Assembly: GCA_942493095.1 (NCBI GenBank)
Contig: OW818675.1
Location: 1,920,001-1,952,000 of the forward strand
Length of the DNA: 32,000 bases
From: Candidatus Electronema halotolerans
Lineage (GTDB): Bacteria; Desulfobacterota; Desulfobulbia; Desulfobulbales; Desulfobulbaceae
Direction: 5' to 3'
Shown here piece by piece: positions 31,622-32,000 of this stretch. Below the pieces are notes generated by a model. The model was not told the DNA's origin. It was given only the letters and a program-made list of their open reading frames with translations, and did no database searches. Both the position numbers and the translations under genes were made by a program. The stretch's first letter is position 1. The number at the start of each line of letters is the position of its first letter.

Positions 31622-32000
31622 TCATGCAGATGCGCTGCTGCTCAAGGCCTGCTCCACAGTCAGCATCTTCTGATGCAGGGCGGCACGGGCGGCCTCGCGG
31701 TCATCAGCAAAGAGCAGGCTGCCATCAACAGCCTCTTCCACTACAAAGCCGCCGCTCCGGGTGCGGCGCAGCGCGGTCAGATACGCACCACAGCCGATTT
31801 TGCTGCCGATGTCTGCGGCCAGCACCCGGATGTAAGTACCCCGGCTGCACGACACCGTGCAGGCAAGGCGGGCTGTTTCTTCAGCATACTGCCTCAGCTC
31901 CAAGCTGTAAATCTCAATCTGCTTGGCTTCCTTTTCAATGATGATGCCTTGGCGGGCATAGTCATACAAGGGTCGGCCCTGATGCTTGGCAGCAGAATAG
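31622..32000 (-). CDS. truB: tRNA pseudouridine(55) synthase TruB, C-terminal part; the gene continues past the window edge.
   Basis: The frame stays open to nt 32000 (YSAAKHQGRPLYDYARQG...). The blocks CSRGTYIRVLAADIG...G.GAYL..LRRT..G are TruB-typical. This is the conserved truB-rpsO-pnp neighbourhood. Confidence 0.85.
   Translation of the reverse strand, partial: YSAAKHQGRPLYDYARQGIIIEKEAKQIEIYSLELRQYAEETARLACTVSCSRGTYIRVLAADIGSKIGCGAYLTALRRTRSGGFVVEEAVDGSLLFADDREAARAALHQKMLTVEQALSSSASA

Overview
This is a 32-kb bacterial chromosomal window with a G+C-rich backbone. Gene content (split archaeal-type glutamate synthase, RACo-like activase, anaerobic-type cbiE/cbiT fusion) suggests an anaerobic deltaproteobacterium-like host, but that is inference only. 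Nearly all genes lie on the minus strand. From left to right the window holds: (i) a plus-strand envelope O-acylation module, made of a 5'-truncated tandem-repeat protein, a membrane-anchored partner and an MBOAT acyltransferase. (ii) A minus-strand operon encoding a RACo-like Fe-S/ASKHA protein, a lipoprotein, an ATP-grasp ligase, a DedA/YqaA protein, a hexapeptide acyltransferase and a UPF0104 (MprF-flippase-like) membrane protein, ending in a clean terminator. (iii) An orphan livH and a roughly 34-codon corA remnant. (iv) A mosaic accessory island (about 11160-17540). It contains an intact IS1-family element with target duplications, a visibly AT-rich four-gene operon (two paralogous small membrane proteins, an unknown 199-aa protein and a classical AAA+ ATPase), an intact IS5-family element inserted 36 nt upstream of that operon, a 128-bp inverted-repeat element, and higBA. 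(v) A split glutamate synthase operon interrupted by a DUF4160/DUF2442/degenerate-Fic cassette. (vi) cbiET/cobL, a lone low-GC HNH_2 nuclease, a RodZ-like protein, a SurA-like PPIase, pnp, a low-GC membrane-protein gene wedged between rpsO and pnp, rpsO, and the 3' part of truB. I found no rRNA, tRNA or CRISPR array. The best candidate for an undescribed system is the IS-bracketed AT-rich AAA+ ATPase operon at 12522-14982. All product calls rest on motif recognition by eye, because no database search was possible.
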